A stretch of 64,000 bases of DNA from a virus. This document shows positions 63,846-64,000 of the stretch, one piece after another (positions within the stretch are counted from its first letter, which is position 1; every line of letters starts with the position of its first letter). The DNA lies in IMG/VR virus record IMGVR_UViG_3300042566_001051, positions 11,126 through 75,125 of that record, one strand, 5' to 3'. A program made the position numbers and the translations under genes. The notes beneath the pieces are model-generated. The model ran no database searches. It was not told the origin of the DNA and saw nothing but the letters and a program-made list of their open reading frames with translations.

Positions 63846-64000
63846 TTTGCGAGGCGGCCGCCGATGCCCGAGCCCGAGTGCGACGCGGCGTTGGCGACGT
63901 CGAGAAAGAACAGGCCGGCGATCGCGCCGTAGCTCCAATGGCCGCCGTGGTAGGCAACGCACGATGCGCCACTGTAGAAAATGTCAGGGAATGTCGCGCT
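63839..64000 (-). CDS. DGR target 2, C-terminal fragment (probable tail fibre/receptor-binding protein)
   Basis: Read manually: SATFPDIFYSGASCVAYHGGHWSYGAIAGLFFLDVANAASHSGSGIGGRLAKV-stop; upstream of a fibre-assembly-like gene. Confidence 0.85.
   Translation of the reverse strand, partial: SATFPDIFYSGASCVAYHGGHWSYGAIAGLFFLDVANAASHSGSGIGGRLAKV
63846..63949 (-). repeat. DGR variable region VR2
   Basis: 104-nt match to TR with 14 mismatches, all at TR adenines. Confidence 0.97.

Noticed and set aside
1-64000. CRISPR arrays, tRNA/rRNA genes, IS elements, a Cin-type tail invertase
   Set aside because: None recognised by eye; a tRNA or covariance scan was not possible

Overview
The whole window is phage DNA from a GC-rich temperate myovirus, probably infecting a betaproteobacterium (inferred from the SSB sequence and base composition). 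It is a mosaic of four parts. (i) A P1-like virion module on the minus strand, 1-34.8 kb: portal, Ulx, DarB, DarA, Hdf, PAAR, spike, BplB-like tube, lysis cassette, sheath, major capsid, prohead protease, PacA/PacB. (ii) A lambdoid replication and cI/cro/cII switch, 35-41.7 kb. (iii) A long early operon, 42-59.5 kb: exonuclease, RecT, Rad50-like ATPase, RdgC, SSB, dUTPase, C5 methyltransferase. (iv) A P4-type integrase beside an apparently intact attP whose core matches the 3' end of guaA, suggesting the excised/circular form. Main results: a complete diversity-generating retroelement (RT, TR, Avd) with TWO targets, a tail-fibre-like gene at the window edge and a remote, anchor-less lectin-fold gene inside the early operon, each with 14 adenine-only changes against TR; an AT-rich operon with its own promoter encoding a truncated copy of the tail tube N-terminus; a P1/P7-type C4 antisense switch on an antirepressor; a six-copy candidate late-promoter motif; and a recurring (L/F)D-small motif that may be the prohead protease site. 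All family assignments come from motif recognition and recall, not database searches.
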